Below, piece by piece: positions 50,154-59,873 of a stretch of DNA of 64,000 nt. Origin of the DNA: an uncultured Chloroflexia bacterium (GTDB lineage: Bacteria; Chloroflexota; Limnocylindria; Limnocylindrales; CSP1-4); contig CAWFXA010000003.1 in NCBI GenBank assembly GCA_963819655.1, positions 160,001-224,000 on the forward strand, read 5' to 3'. Below the pieces are notes generated by a model, which was given only the letters and a program-made list of their open reading frames with translations, was not told where the DNA came from and made no database searches. The position numbers were made by a program, and so were the translations under genes. Every line of letters starts with the position of its first letter. Positions within the stretch are counted from its first letter, which is position 1.

Positions 50154-52535
50154 ATGACGATGACGGAACCCCGCACGACCCCCGAAGTCGGGGGTATGGG
50201 CCATTCGGTCAAGCGCAAGGAGGATCCGCGCTTCATCCGCGGCGCCGGCGAGTACATCGACGACGTCAACCTGCCAGGTCAGCTCTGGCTCGACATCGCC
50301 CGGTCGCCGTACGCGCACGCCACGATCAAGAGCATCGACACCAGCGAGGCCCTCAAGGTCCCGGGCGTGCTGGCGGTCATCACCGGGAAGGATCTCGAGG
50401 GCTACAAGCTCCACTGGATGCCGACGCTGGCCGGTGACATGCAGATGGTGCTCCCGACCGACACGGTGATGTACCAGAGCCAGGAGGTCGCCGCGGTGAT
50501 CGCCACGTCCCGCTACGCCGCGGCCGACGGCGTCGAGGCGGTCCTGGTGGACTACGAGCCGTTGCCGGTCATCGTCGACCCGAAGAAGGCACTCGAGGCT
50601 GGCGCCTTCGTCCTGCGGCCCGACCGCGGTGAGGACAAGCAGAACAACCACATCTGGCACTGGGAGTCGGGCGACGCGGCGAAGGCCGATGCGGCCCTCG
50701 CCGCCGCCGACGTCACGGTCAGCGAGGACATCTACATCCCGCGCATCCACGTGGCGTCGATCGAGACGTGCGGCTGCGTCGCGGACTGGGATCCGGTGCG
50801 CCAGCAGCTCACCTTGCACATGACCAGCCAGGCGCCGCATGCGATCAGGACGGTCCTGGCGCTCGTGGCAGCGGGCGCTGGGTTACCGATCCTCGAACAG
50901 AACATCCGCGTGAAGACGCACGACATCGGCGGCGGATTCGGCGGCAAGGTGCCGGTCTACCCGGGCTACGTCCTCGCGGTCGCGGCCTCGTTCCTGATCG
51001 GCAAGCCCGTCAAGTGGATCGAGGACCGTTCGGAGAACCTCCAGGCCGATTCGTTCGCCCGCGACTACCACATCCATGCCGAGATGGGCGCGACCAAGGA
51101 CGGCCGCATCACCGGCCTCAAGGTCAAGACCATCGCGGATCACGGCTACTCGGACGCGGCCGCCGACCCGAGCAAGTTCCCGGCGGGGTTGTTCAACGTG
51201 ATCACGGGCTCGTACGACTTCGACGACGCGTTCGTCGAGGTCGATGGCGTCTACACGAACAAGCCGCCGGGCGGCGTCGCCTACCGCTGCTCGTTCCGGG
51301 TGACCGAGGCCGTCCACGCCATCGAGCGCATGGTCGACATCCTCGCGCACGAGATCGGCAAGGATCCAGCCCAGCTGCGGATGGAGAACTTCATCCGCAA
51401 GGACCAGTTCCCGTACAAGACACCGACCGGCTGGGAGTACGACTCCGGCGATTACGCGCCGGCGCTCCAGAAGGCCATGGACATGATCGATTACGCCGGC
51501 CTCCGCAAGGAGCAGGCCGAGAAGCGCGACCGCGGTGAGCTGATGGGCATCGGCATCAGCAGCTTCACCGAGATCGTGGGTGCCGGCCCATCGCACGACT
51601 TCGACATCCTCGGGCTAAAGATGTTCGACTCGTGCGAGATCCGGGTCCACCCGACCGGCAAGGTCCTCGCGCGGATCGGCGTCCAGACGCAGGGCCAGGG
51701 CCACGAGACGACGTTCGCCCAGATCATCGCTGAGGAGTTGGGCTTCCCGGTCGGCGACATCAAGATCGAGTACGGCGACACCGACACGGCGCCGTACGGG
51801 CTCGGCACGTACGCCTCGCGGTCAACGCCCGTCGCCGGCGCGGCAACGGCGATGGCGTCGCGCAAGATCCGCGACAAGGCGCGCAAGCTTGCGGCGCACC
51901 TCCTCGAGGCGTCCGAGGACGACCTCGAGTGGGAGCCCGGCAAGTTCAGCGTCAAGGGCTCGCCGGACCGCTTCACGACCATCCAGGACATCGCCTTCGC
52001 CGCCTACACGAATCATCCCGCCGGGATGGAGGCCGGTCTGGAGGCGGTCGACTATTACGACCCACCCAACCTGACGTTCCCGTTCGGAAGCTACATCTGC
52101 GTCGTCGACATCGACAACGGCACGGGGCAGGTCAACATCCGGCGGTTCGTCGCGGTCGACGACTGCGGCAACATCATCAACCCGATGATCGTCGACGGCC
52201 AGATCCATGGCGGGCTGACGATGGGCCTCGCGCCGGCGTTGTATGAGGAGATCACGTACGACGAGCTCGGCAACAACATGGCCGGCACGTTCATGGACTA
52301 TCTCATCCCGACGGCCGTCGAGACGCCCGCCTGGGAGCTCGAGAAGACCGTGACCCCATCGCCACACCACCCGATCGGCGCCAAGGGCGTGGGGGAATCG
52401 GCCACGGTCGGCGCCCCGCCGGCCATCGCCAACGCCGTCGTCGACGCTCTGTGGCACCTCGGTGTGCGCAACATCGACATTCCGATCACTCCCCAGAAAG
52501 TATGGGCGATCCTGCACGAGAAGGGCATCAGCTGA
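50154..52535 (+). CDS. coxL: Aerobic Mo-Cu CO dehydrogenase large subunit, form I
   Basis: Diagnostic AYRCSFR loop; coxMSL gene order. Confidence 0.96.
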   Translation: MTMTEPRTTPEVGGMGHSVKRKEDPRFIRGAGEYIDDVNLPGQLWLDIARSPYAHATIKSIDTSEALKVPGVLAVITGKDLEGYKLHWMPTLAGDMQMVLPTDTVMYQSQEVAAVIATSRYAAADGVEAVLVDYEPLPVIVDPKKALEAGAFVLRPDRGEDKQNNHIWHWESGDAAKADAALAAADVTVSEDIYIPRIHVASIETCGCVADWDPVRQQLTLHMTSQAPHAIRTVLALVAAGAGLPILEQNIRVKTHDIGGGFGGKVPVYPGYVLAVAASFLIGKPVKWIEDRSENLQADSFARDYHIHAEMGATKDGRITGLKVKTIADHGYSDAAADPSKFPAGLFNVITGSYDFDDAFVEVDGVYTNKPPGGVAYRCSFRVTEAVHAIERMVDILAHEIGKDPAQLRMENFIRKDQFPYKTPTGWEYDSGDYAPALQKAMDMIDYAGLRKEQAEKRDRGELMGIGISSFTEIVGAGPSHDFDILGLKMFDSCEIRVHPTGKVLARIGVQTQGQGHETTFAQIIAEELGFPVGDIKIEYGDTDTAPYGLGTYASRSTPVAGAATAMASRKIRDKARKLAAHLLEASEDDLEWEPGKFSVKGSPDRFTTIQDIAFAAYTNHPAGMEAGLEAVDYYDPPNLTFPFGSYICVVDIDNGTGQVNIRRFVAVDDCGNIINPMIVDGQIHGGLTMGLAPALYEEITYDELGNNMAGTFMDYLIPTAVETPAWELEKTVTPSPHHPIGAKGVGESATVGAPPAIANAVVDALWHLGVRNIDIPITPQKVWAILHEKGIS

Positions 52536-53566
52536 CGTCGATCTTCGCGCGCGCCGCCGAGCTGGAAGGATCCGGCCGACCATTCGCGGTCGCCACGGTG
52601 GTGGCAGTCCGGCGCCCGACCTCGGCGCGCCCGGGCGCGAGCGGCATCGTCCACCCGGACGGGACCATCGAGGGCTGGGTCGGCGGCAGTTGCGCGCAGC
52701 CCGTCGTGGTTCGCGAGGCCCTGCGCGCGATCGGCGACGGCCAGCCGCGGCTGCTCCGGCTGTCTCGTGACGGTCCGGCCGAAGGCCGCCGCGCCGACGG
52801 CGTCATCGAGCTTGTCATGACCTGTCATTCGGGGGGCACGCTGGAGATCTACGTGGAACCGCACCTTCCCGCCGCGCATCTCTGGATCGTCGGGACGACG
52901 CCGATCGCAGGGGCACTCGCGGCGATCGGATCGGCCGCCGGGTGGCAGATCACCGTCATCGATCCGATCGCCGACGCCGACGCGTTCCCGGGAGCGCGTG
53001 TTCAGCGCTCGGCGGATATCCGCGGTCTCGACCCGGAGGTCGCGCCCTACGTGGTCGTTGCCAGCCAGGGGATCTGGGACGAGGAGGCAGTGGCGCTGGC
53101 GCTCACCCGTGAGTCGGCCTACGTCGGGCTCGTCGCCTCACCGACCCGGGCCGCCGTCGTGCGCGACTGGCTGCGCGAGGAGACGACGGTCGGCGACGAG
53201 CGGATCGCGGCGCTTCGAGCGCCGGCCGGCCTCGATATCGGTGCCGAGACCCCCGAGGAGGTCGCGCTGTCGATCCTGGCCGAGCTCGTCCAGGTTCGTC
53301 GCGGCCGGGCCGATTTCGTCGCCTCGCCTGGTCCGGCCACCGTGGCGGGCGCGCTTCCGGAGTCGATCACACTGGAACCCGTCGTCGACGACATCGTGCT
53401 CGTCGACCCCGTCTGCGGGATGACGGTCGAGGCCGCCCATGCACGGCACCTGGCTGAGCACGACGGTATCGTCTATGCGTTCTGCTCGATCGGGTGCCGG
53501 ACCCGATTCATCCGCGAGCCCGCGACCTACCTGAACGCGAGCGAGTACTCCCCGATGCACGACTGA
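52532..53566 (+). CDS. XdhC/CoxF-like protein with a C-terminal YHS domain
   Basis: GWVGGSCAQP, MTCHSGG, PAGLDIGA.TPEE; DPVCGM...YAFCSIGC; start probably CTG overlapping the coxL stop. Confidence 0.85.
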   Translation: MTSIFARAAELEGSGRPFAVATVVAVRRPTSARPGASGIVHPDGTIEGWVGGSCAQPVVVREALRAIGDGQPRLLRLSRDGPAEGRRADGVIELVMTCHSGGTLEIYVEPHLPAAHLWIVGTTPIAGALAAIGSAAGWQITVIDPIADADAFPGARVQRSADIRGLDPEVAPYVVVASQGIWDEEAVALALTRESAYVGLVASPTRAAVVRDWLREETTVGDERIAALRAPAGLDIGAETPEEVALSILAELVQVRRGRADFVASPGPATVAGALPESITLEPVVDDIVLVDPVCGMTVEAAHARHLAEHDGIVYAFCSIGCRTRFIREPATYLNASEYSPMHD

Positions 53567-53590
53567 CCGACCTGGCCACGGGAGGATCCG

Positions 53591-54046
53591 ATGCATTTCG
53601 AGGGCACTGTCCAGATCGCCGCACCGCGCGACCGCGTCTGGGCGTTCGTCACCGACCCGAATCAGGTCGGCCAGTGCGGTCCAGGCGTCGAATCGATCGA
53701 CGTCGTCGACGACACGCACTTCAAGGCAAAGGCCAAGGTCGGGGTTGGCTTCATCAGCACTCGATTCGTGGTGAACATGGAGTTCGCCGAAATGACCGCG
53801 CCAGACGCGGCCACCATCAAGGCGCATGGGCAGGCGCCCGGCAGTGCCGTCGACGCGACAGCGCAGATGCGGCTGGCGGACGGCGATGCCGGTGGCACCA
53901 CGATGGAGTGGTCCGCCGACGTCAACATCTCTGGCACGATCGCAAGCGTTGGCGCTCGGCTCATCGAGGGGACGGCGGACAAGATGATCGGCCAGACCTT
54001 CGATTGCATGAAGGCCAAGCTCGAAGGCGGCGAATCCTCGGGCTGA
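53591..54046 (+). CDS. coxG: CO dehydrogenase subunit G (SRPBCC)
   Basis: VWAFVTDP...C.PG, GTIASVGARLIEG; GGAGG RBS. Confidence 0.88.
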   Translation: MHFEGTVQIAAPRDRVWAFVTDPNQVGQCGPGVESIDVVDDTHFKAKAKVGVGFISTRFVVNMEFAEMTAPDAATIKAHGQAPGSAVDATAQMRLADGDAGGTTMEWSADVNISGTIASVGARLIEGTADKMIGQTFDCMKAKLEGGESSG

Positions 54047-54220
54047 TGGCTCGCACGGGCGTCGACCCAGTCCGCGGGGCGGGCCGGCCGCTGTGGCGAT
54101 GTCCCCGCTGCCGGCACTCGTCTGCGAGGGCTACCGCGACCTGGGCATGCAGGGTTTCCTGGCGGTGCGACCCGGTTAGTCGCGCAGCGCCCGGCCGGCA
54201 CGGATGCGACACTCGCGCCG

Positions 54221-54859
54221 ATGGAGCATCTTCACCGCGTTGTCGGCCCAGTCGCGACAAACCTGCATGTCCTGGCCGACCCGCGGACGCGCGAGGCGAT
54301 CGCGATCGATACCGCCATCCCGTCGCTCGCCTGGATCTCAGACGAGCTCGCCGAGCGCGAGTGGTCGCTGAAGCTGATCGTGTCGACGCATGGTCACTGG
54401 GACCACATCGGTGACAACGCGGCAGTCGCCGCCCATACGGGCGCCGAGATCGCGGTCCACCCGCTCGACCGGACGCGGCTGACCGACCCACGACCCCTGT
54501 CGGCGCCGTTCGAGATCCCGTCATCCGTCCCGGCCGTCGAGCTCGCGGAGGGGGGCGAGGTCAGGTTCGGGGCGATCCGCCTCCTGGTCATGCACACACC
54601 CGGCCACACGGAGGGATCGGTCTGCCTGTACGACCCGGACCAGGGCCTCCTGTTCAGCGGTGACACCCTGTTCCAGGGCGGCTGGGGTCGCGTCGACCTG
54701 CCCGGTGGCGACGCGTCGGCGATGGTCGCGTCCCTCGGCCGGTTGCTGACGCTCGACGACCCCGTTCACGTGTTCCCGGGGCACGGCGACTCGACGACCA
54801 TCGGCCGGGAACGACCCTGGCTCGAGCTCGTCCGCGACTCCGGACGTCTGATCGCCTAG
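54221..54859 (+). CDS. Metallo-beta-lactamase fold hydrolase (glyoxalase II-like)
   Basis: THGHWDH, TPGHT, FSGDTLF, PGHG. Confidence 0.92.
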   Translation: MEHLHRVVGPVATNLHVLADPRTREAIAIDTAIPSLAWISDELAEREWSLKLIVSTHGHWDHIGDNAAVAAHTGAEIAVHPLDRTRLTDPRPLSAPFEIPSSVPAVELAEGGEVRFGAIRLLVMHTPGHTEGSVCLYDPDQGLLFSGDTLFQGGWGRVDLPGGDASAMVASLGRLLTLDDPVHVFPGHGDSTTIGRERPWLELVRDSGRLIA

Positions 54860-55272
54860 ACCAGGTCGTCGGTCGAAGTCACGACCGTGACCGGCACACG
54901 GACCGAATCGCGCAGCCTGCTCGGGACATCCTCACCAAGCCACCGGGACAGGCCCTTGGGGAGCGTCGAGACGATCACCTCGTCGACCTCGCGCCCGCGC
55001 AGCGCATCCCGCACCGCCATGACGGGGTCCCGGTCGCCAACCTCGCCGTCCGCCTCGGCGTCCATCTCCCGCAGCTTCTCGAGCACCTCGTCGAGGCGGG
55101 TCTGGGCGACCTGGCGGGATGCCTGTTCGTCCCAGGTCAGGCGTCCGCCGACCGGGCTGAGCGGCACCACGACATAGGTCCGCACTGGTCCCTCGGCGAG
55201 CCTGGCCGTGATCGCGTCGGTCAGCGATCGACTCGTCAGCGTCTGGTTGGCCACGATCAGATAGGAGCGCAC
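54856..55272 (-). CDS. Universal stress protein-like hypothetical protein
   Basis: YLIVANQT, GD.DP, DEVIVSTLP..SRWL. Confidence 0.7.
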   Translation of the reverse strand: MRSYLIVANQTLTSRSLTDAITARLAEGPVRTYVVVPLSPVGGRLTWDEQASRQVAQTRLDEVLEKLREMDAEADGEVGDRDPVMAVRDALRGREVDEVIVSTLPKGLSRWLGEDVPSRLRDSVRVPVTVVTSTDDLV

Positions 55273-55317
55273 GGCCGGATCCTCCAACGCGTCCCGTCAT
55301 GATGCCACGGCCCGCCG

Positions 55318-56346
55318 TCACTCCTGGGCCGGCCACCCGTAGAGCATCGAGCGCTGCGCGATCTCGAACCCCATGCCCTCGTACAAGCCGAGCGCCCCGG
55401 TCGGGTTGTCGGCATCGACGCCGAGCATCGCGTCGGCCAGCCCAGCGGCTCGGAGACGACGGAGTGCCTCCGCGGTGATCGCCCGGCCGAGGCCCCGACG
55501 CCGCCAGGGACGGCGGACGCTGATGCGCTCCAGCCAGCCGCGTTGGACCCCGAGCCGCTCGTTCTCGTCGGCCCAGACCCAGCTCTGGACGACGCCGGCG
55601 ATCTCGGCGCCGTCCCAGGCGACGACCCACAGGCTCGTATCGAGCTCGGAGCGTTCGAACCGTGCCGTGAAGTCCGCCTCGCTGAAATCGCGAGGCTCCC
55701 AATGATCCCGAAACGCCTCGTGCTCGGCGAGGATGAGCGCTCGGTGCTGCTCCGGCTCGACCGGGCGCAGCTCGATCCCCGCGGGCAGCGGCGCGTCTGG
55801 GATATCGTCGAGGGTCGGCCGAAGCATCAGGAAGATCCAGCGGATCGGGGCCATGCCCACGGCGGTCAGGATCGCCCGGTGGCCCGGCTCATCCTCGCCC
55901 GCCAGGCTGCGGACCTCGGCGCGTCCGCCCGGTGAGATGTCACCGAGCCCGACGGCACGCTCGTCGGCACCGCGGAGGTTCGCCCGCAGCACGGCCCGGC
56001 CGATACCCCGCCTGCGCCAGGCCGGATCGACGTGGCCCCACGCCTGGTAGACCGGCCGGCCGACCCGCAGCGCTCGATCGGTCCCGGCGATGGCGACCAG
56101 GCGTCCGTCGACCTCGGCCACGATGCCGTCAGACTCCGGCCCGAAGACCTCCGGGTCGTCCTCCCAGTCCTCGCGCAGCATCGCGCCCGAGGGGAACCAC
56201 GGAATGTCGTCTGCGCGGCTGGCCACACCGATGAGCTCGGCCAATGCCTCGTATTCGGCGTCGTCCCGCCGCGGCCGCCGGAAACGCAGCCCAGCGACGG
56301 ACGGCGCGTCGGCGAGCTCGAGCCAGGTGTCGGTCGACACCGTCAT
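55318..56346 (-). CDS. Tandem GNAT acetyltransferase (MshD-like)
   Basis: Two acetyl-CoA motifs: VDPAWRRRGIG and VRRPWRRRGLG; LGVDADN..GA..LYE. Confidence 0.88.
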   Translation of the reverse strand: MTVSTDTWLELADAPSVAGLRFRRPRRDDAEYEALAELIGVASRADDIPWFPSGAMLREDWEDDPEVFGPESDGIVAEVDGRLVAIAGTDRALRVGRPVYQAWGHVDPAWRRRGIGRAVLRANLRGADERAVGLGDISPGGRAEVRSLAGEDEPGHRAILTAVGMAPIRWIFLMLRPTLDDIPDAPLPAGIELRPVEPEQHRALILAEHEAFRDHWEPRDFSEADFTARFERSELDTSLWVVAWDGAEIAGVVQSWVWADENERLGVQRGWLERISVRRPWRRRGLGRAITAEALRRLRAAGLADAMLGVDADNPTGALGLYEGMGFEIAQRSMLYGWPAQE

Positions 56347-57422
56347 CAGCCCAGGTCGCCGTATTTGGCGTGCATCTGCCGCGCGACCGCCTTGTGGATC
56401 GACTTCCATTTCTTCGTCTCGGCCGCGCGGGCACGAGCATCGCCCTTGCGCTCCGCGTGCGCCAGCTCGCGCTCCAGCTTCCGGTGGCTGGCGAGCCGGT
56501 CGTCGCTCAGCCGGCCGTCGTCGACGGCGGCACGGACCGCACAGCCGGGTTCGCCCTCGTGACGGCAGTCGCTGAAGCGGCACGCGGATGCCAGATCGGC
56601 GATGTCGTCGAAGGCCACGTCGACACCCACGTCGGCGCCGGCCACCTCGAGCGAGCGGATGCCGGGCGTGTCGATGAGCAGCGCACCACCCGGTAGCGCG
56701 AACAGCTCCCGATGTGTCGTCGTGTGGCGGCCCCGCGAGTCATCGTCGCGGACCGCCGCGGTGGCCTGGCGCTGCTCGCCGAGGAGGGTGTTGACCAGCG
56801 TCGACTTGCCGACGCCCGACGATCCCAGCACGACCGCGGTCTGGCCCGCTAAGAGGAAGGGAGACAGGTCCGCGACGTGGTCGCCGGTCAGAGCCGACAA
56901 AACGACGATCGGGACGGCCGGGGCGATCGATTCGACCTCGAGCAGCCGTTGCTCCAGGTCCACCGCGATGTCGGCCTTGTTGAGGATGATCACCGGCCGG
57001 ACGCCGCTCGACCACGCGACGGCGAGATAGCGCTCGAGGCGGCGGAGGTTGAAGTCGTGGTCGAGCCCGGCGACCAGGAACGCCACGTCGACGTTTGCGG
57101 CCAGTACCTGCTCATCGGCGAGATGGCCCGCCGACCGCCGGCTCGCGTCGGCCGCGCTGCGAACGAATGCGGACCGGCGGGGGAGGACGGCGGTGATGAT
57201 GGCGGGCTCGTCCGTGCGGGTCGTGGCCAGGTCGGTCGCGAGCGCCACCCAGTCGCCGACTGCCGGATAGTCGGACGGGGCAAGGGCGTCAAACCGGAAC
57301 CTGCCCGACACGATGGCCGAACGGTCGGTGCCGTCCGGCCCGCGCACGATCGACGTCTCCTTGTGGACGGCGACGACGCGGGCCGTGACGGCCTCGCTGG
57401 CGAGCGACACTGCCTCGCTCAT
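56346..57422 (-). CDS. rsgA: Ribosome small subunit-dependent GTPase A
   Basis: VGDWV, NKAD, GSSGVGKS, RGRHTT, DTPG, CRFSDCRH.EPGC. Confidence 0.95.
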   Translation of the reverse strand: MSEAVSLASEAVTARVVAVHKETSIVRGPDGTDRSAIVSGRFRFDALAPSDYPAVGDWVALATDLATTRTDEPAIITAVLPRRSAFVRSAADASRRSAGHLADEQVLAANVDVAFLVAGLDHDFNLRRLERYLAVAWSSGVRPVIILNKADIAVDLEQRLLEVESIAPAVPIVVLSALTGDHVADLSPFLLAGQTAVVLGSSGVGKSTLVNTLLGEQRQATAAVRDDDSRGRHTTTHRELFALPGGALLIDTPGIRSLEVAGADVGVDVAFDDIADLASACRFSDCRHEGEPGCAVRAAVDDGRLSDDRLASHRKLERELAHAERKGDARARAAETKKWKSIHKAVARQMHAKYGDLG

Positions 57423-57425
57423 CGC

Positions 57426-58229
57426 TCAGCCGACCCGCTTGAGCTTGCCGGTGCGCTTGGCGTAGCGCTCCGCGCGGCCGAACGCCCACAGGCCGAACGG
57501 GATGAGCACGATCCCAGCCACGATCAGCGGCCAGACGTCGTGCATCAGCTCCGATACGGGCGTCCCGTGGACGAGCCCGGCACGGACGCCATCGAGGACG
57601 TAGGTCGCCGGCGACAGGTGCGACAGGACCTGCATCCACTCTGGCAGGATCTCGATCGAGTAGTACACGCCGCTGACGAGCAGCAGGCAGGACTGCAGGA
57701 CGAAGGTCATCTGTGCCCCGCGCTCGACGTACAGCAGCGGCAGGATCGCGGCGATCATGCCGATCCCGACGAAGCTGAACGAGCCGAGCAACATGAACGT
57801 CAGGGCCGTCGCCGGGTTCGCGTTCGAGAAGTCGAGCTGCGGGAAGAACAGGACGAGCGCGACGAAGATCACGGCCGTGTGGATGAAGCCGTAGACCATC
57901 GCGTACAGGACCGAGCCCAGCAGCTGCGACCAGCGCCGGATCGGGGCCATGAACGTGTACTCGAGGGTGCCTTCCCAGCGCTCGATCGAGATCGTCTCGG
58001 CGATCCAGCTGAAAACCACCGACAGGTAATTCCAGAAGATCGCTCCCACCATCAGCGTCAGCAGCAGCGTCGGGTCACCCTGGTCGGCACCGATGAGCGA
58101 GATCGAGAGAGCGCCCGCGACGGAATAGACCAGGAAGGCGACTTCCCAGCCCCAGTAGCGGCGAGTCAGAAAGAAGTTGCGCTCGATGAAGGCGTATGAG
58201 GCCTTCAGCTCATGGGCGACGATGGTCAC
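57426..58229 (-). CDS. ABC-2 type exporter permease
   Basis: Six TM helices, ERWEGTLE, SGVYY...LP.W. Confidence 0.9.
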   Translation of the reverse strand: MTIVAHELKASYAFIERNFFLTRRYWGWEVAFLVYSVAGALSISLIGADQGDPTLLLTLMVGAIFWNYLSVVFSWIAETISIERWEGTLEYTFMAPIRRWSQLLGSVLYAMVYGFIHTAVIFVALVLFFPQLDFSNANPATALTFMLLGSFSFVGIGMIAAILPLLYVERGAQMTFVLQSCLLLVSGVYYSIEILPEWMQVLSHLSPATYVLDGVRAGLVHGTPVSELMHDVWPLIVAGIVLIPFGLWAFGRAERYAKRTGKLKRVG

Positions 58230-58267
58230 GAGAGGATCTCCTCGAGAGTTGGGAGCCGGCCCGATCC

Positions 58268-58456
58268 CTAGCGGGACCGAGCCAGCTCCAGTGCGGTGGC
58301 CGCAGCGATCCGCTCGCCCATCGCGATGACGCGACGACCGATCGATCGGCGGATGGATGGGCGGCTGGGCTGGATCTGGCGCGCACGCGCCCTCTCCGCG
58401 ATCAGCTGCTCCTGGCGCTCACGCGCCAGCTCCAATGCGATCTGGTTGAAGTTCAT
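58268..58456 (-). CDS. Small (62 aa) basic helical protein
   Basis: Strong AAAGGAGGTGA RBS; lies between the ABC ATPase and permease. Confidence 0.7.
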   Translation of the reverse strand: MNFNQIALELARERQEQLIAERARARQIQPSRPSIRRSIGRRVIAMGERIAAATALELARSR

Positions 58457-58479
58457 GGTTTCTCACCTCCTTTCGGCAT

Positions 58480-59367
58480 CTATTCGTCGTCGTCCGGCTC
58501 GGCGTCCTCTTCGTCGACGTCCTCGTCGAGGGAGCGGCCGGTGTATGTCATGAACACGTCTTCGAGGGTGGTCGGCCGGCCGAGGCGCTCGGCAGTGATC
58601 GCCTTGAGCCCGTCCGGCGTGTCCTCGGCGACGACGCGACCGTCGTTGAGGACCGTGATCCGCGCGCACAGGCGCTCTGCCTCGGCGAGGTCGTGGGTCG
58701 TCAGGACGATCGTCGCGTCGTGGGTGGTGTTGATCTCCTCAATGAAGGACTGGACGTCGAGCTTGCTGCGCGGGTCGAGACCGGTCGTCGGCTCGTCGAG
58801 CAGCAGGAGGGTCGGGCTGGTCAGCAGGGCTCGCGCGATCGCGACCTTCTGCTGCATGCCTCGACTCATCTGTTCGACCGGTCGGCCGACCCGCTTCTCA
58901 CTGATGCCCAGCCGGCCCAGGATCGAGATGGCGTCGCGCTTTGCGGCGCCCCCGTCGAGCCCGTACAGCCGGGCGGCGAACAGCAGGTTCTCCATCGGGC
59001 TGAGCTTCTTGAAGAAGGCGGCGTCAACGCTGACCCGGTTGATCACGCGCTTCACTGCCATCTCCTCGCGTTCGAGGTCGTGGCCGAAGACCTCGACTCG
59101 ACCGCTATCGAGCGTGAGCAGCCCGCTGATCAGACGGATGAGGGTCGACTTGCCAGAGCCGTTCGCCCCAAGGATCCCCTGCACGTCGCCACGCTCGAGG
59201 CGCATCGACACGTTCGAGATCGCGGCCACGGGCTTGCGCTTGCGGCCGACGACGAACGACTTACTGACACCCTCGAGGAGCAGGGCCGGGACCGCCGCGG
59301 TCGCCGTCGAAGCGACCGGAGCGGCGCGGGTGGTCGTCTTCAGTTGATCGGTCAGGATGGCGGTCAT
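58480..59367 (-). CDS. ABC exporter ATP-binding protein
   Basis: GANGSGKS, MSRGMQQ, LLLDEPT, TTH; GGAG RBS before MTAILT. Confidence 0.93.
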   Translation of the reverse strand: MTAILTDQLKTTTRAAPVASTATAAVPALLLEGVSKSFVVGRKRKPVAAISNVSMRLERGDVQGILGANGSGKSTLIRLISGLLTLDSGRVEVFGHDLEREEMAVKRVINRVSVDAAFFKKLSPMENLLFAARLYGLDGGAAKRDAISILGRLGISEKRVGRPVEQMSRGMQQKVAIARALLTSPTLLLLDEPTTGLDPRSKLDVQSFIEEINTTHDATIVLTTHDLAEAERLCARITVLNDGRVVAEDTPDGLKAITAERLGRPTTLEDVFMTYTGRSLDEDVDEEDAEPDDDE

Positions 59368-59505
59368 CGGTGACTCCAGGTACGGGGCGGGTTGGACAAA
59401 GAACGAGCCGCGGGCCTCGTCCGACGTTCGTCGGGTGGGCCTCGCGGCTCGTGATGCGGGTCCTGGGTATGCCGCCCGGTAGGCGGGGAGGGCAGGGAAG
59501 AGCAT

Positions 59506-59540
59506 CAAAAAAGCCGGGGGCCCGATCTGGCCCACGGCTC
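59506..59540 (-). terminator. Intrinsic terminator in the ABC operon leader
   Basis: Minus strand AGCCGTGGGCC-AGATCG-GGCCCCCGGCT followed by a T-run. Confidence 0.7.
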
Positions 59541-59574
59541 TTGCTCTTCCGGAAGGCGGTCCTGCCGCCTGCGG

Positions 59575-59658
59575 CTAGCTCGAGATGGGCACAGATCTCC
59601 CGTCATCGACGGCGCCGATAGGCGCGGTCGTGCGTCGGAAGAGGTGCGTCATCGACAT
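59575..59658 (-). CDS. Putative leader peptide MSMTHLFRRTTAPIGAVDDGRSVPISS
   Basis: GGAGG RBS; lies between the promoter and the terminator. Confidence 0.5.
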   Translation of the reverse strand: MSMTHLFRRTTAPIGAVDDGRSVPISS

Positions 59659-59714
59659 ATTCCGAGCCGCCTCCGCTAGGGGATGGATGGGTGGGCGCTC
59701 CAGGCCCGGCGCGC

Positions 59715-59744
59715 AGTCTACGGGTCGGGGACGCGCCCCGTCAA
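59715..59744 (-). promoter_or_regulatory. Sigma70-type promoter for the leader/ABC operon
   Basis: Minus strand TTGACG-18 nt-TAGACT. Confidence 0.6.
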
Positions 59745-59873
59745 GGTGGACAGACGACGATGTCGGAGGCCAGCGAAAGATGACGTCCGGACGCCCCGTT
59801 TGCACCCGCGCGACGGTGGCGGTCGAAGGTCGTTCGATGCCGGGAGGACGTCCGAACCGGGCCGGGTGCCTGA

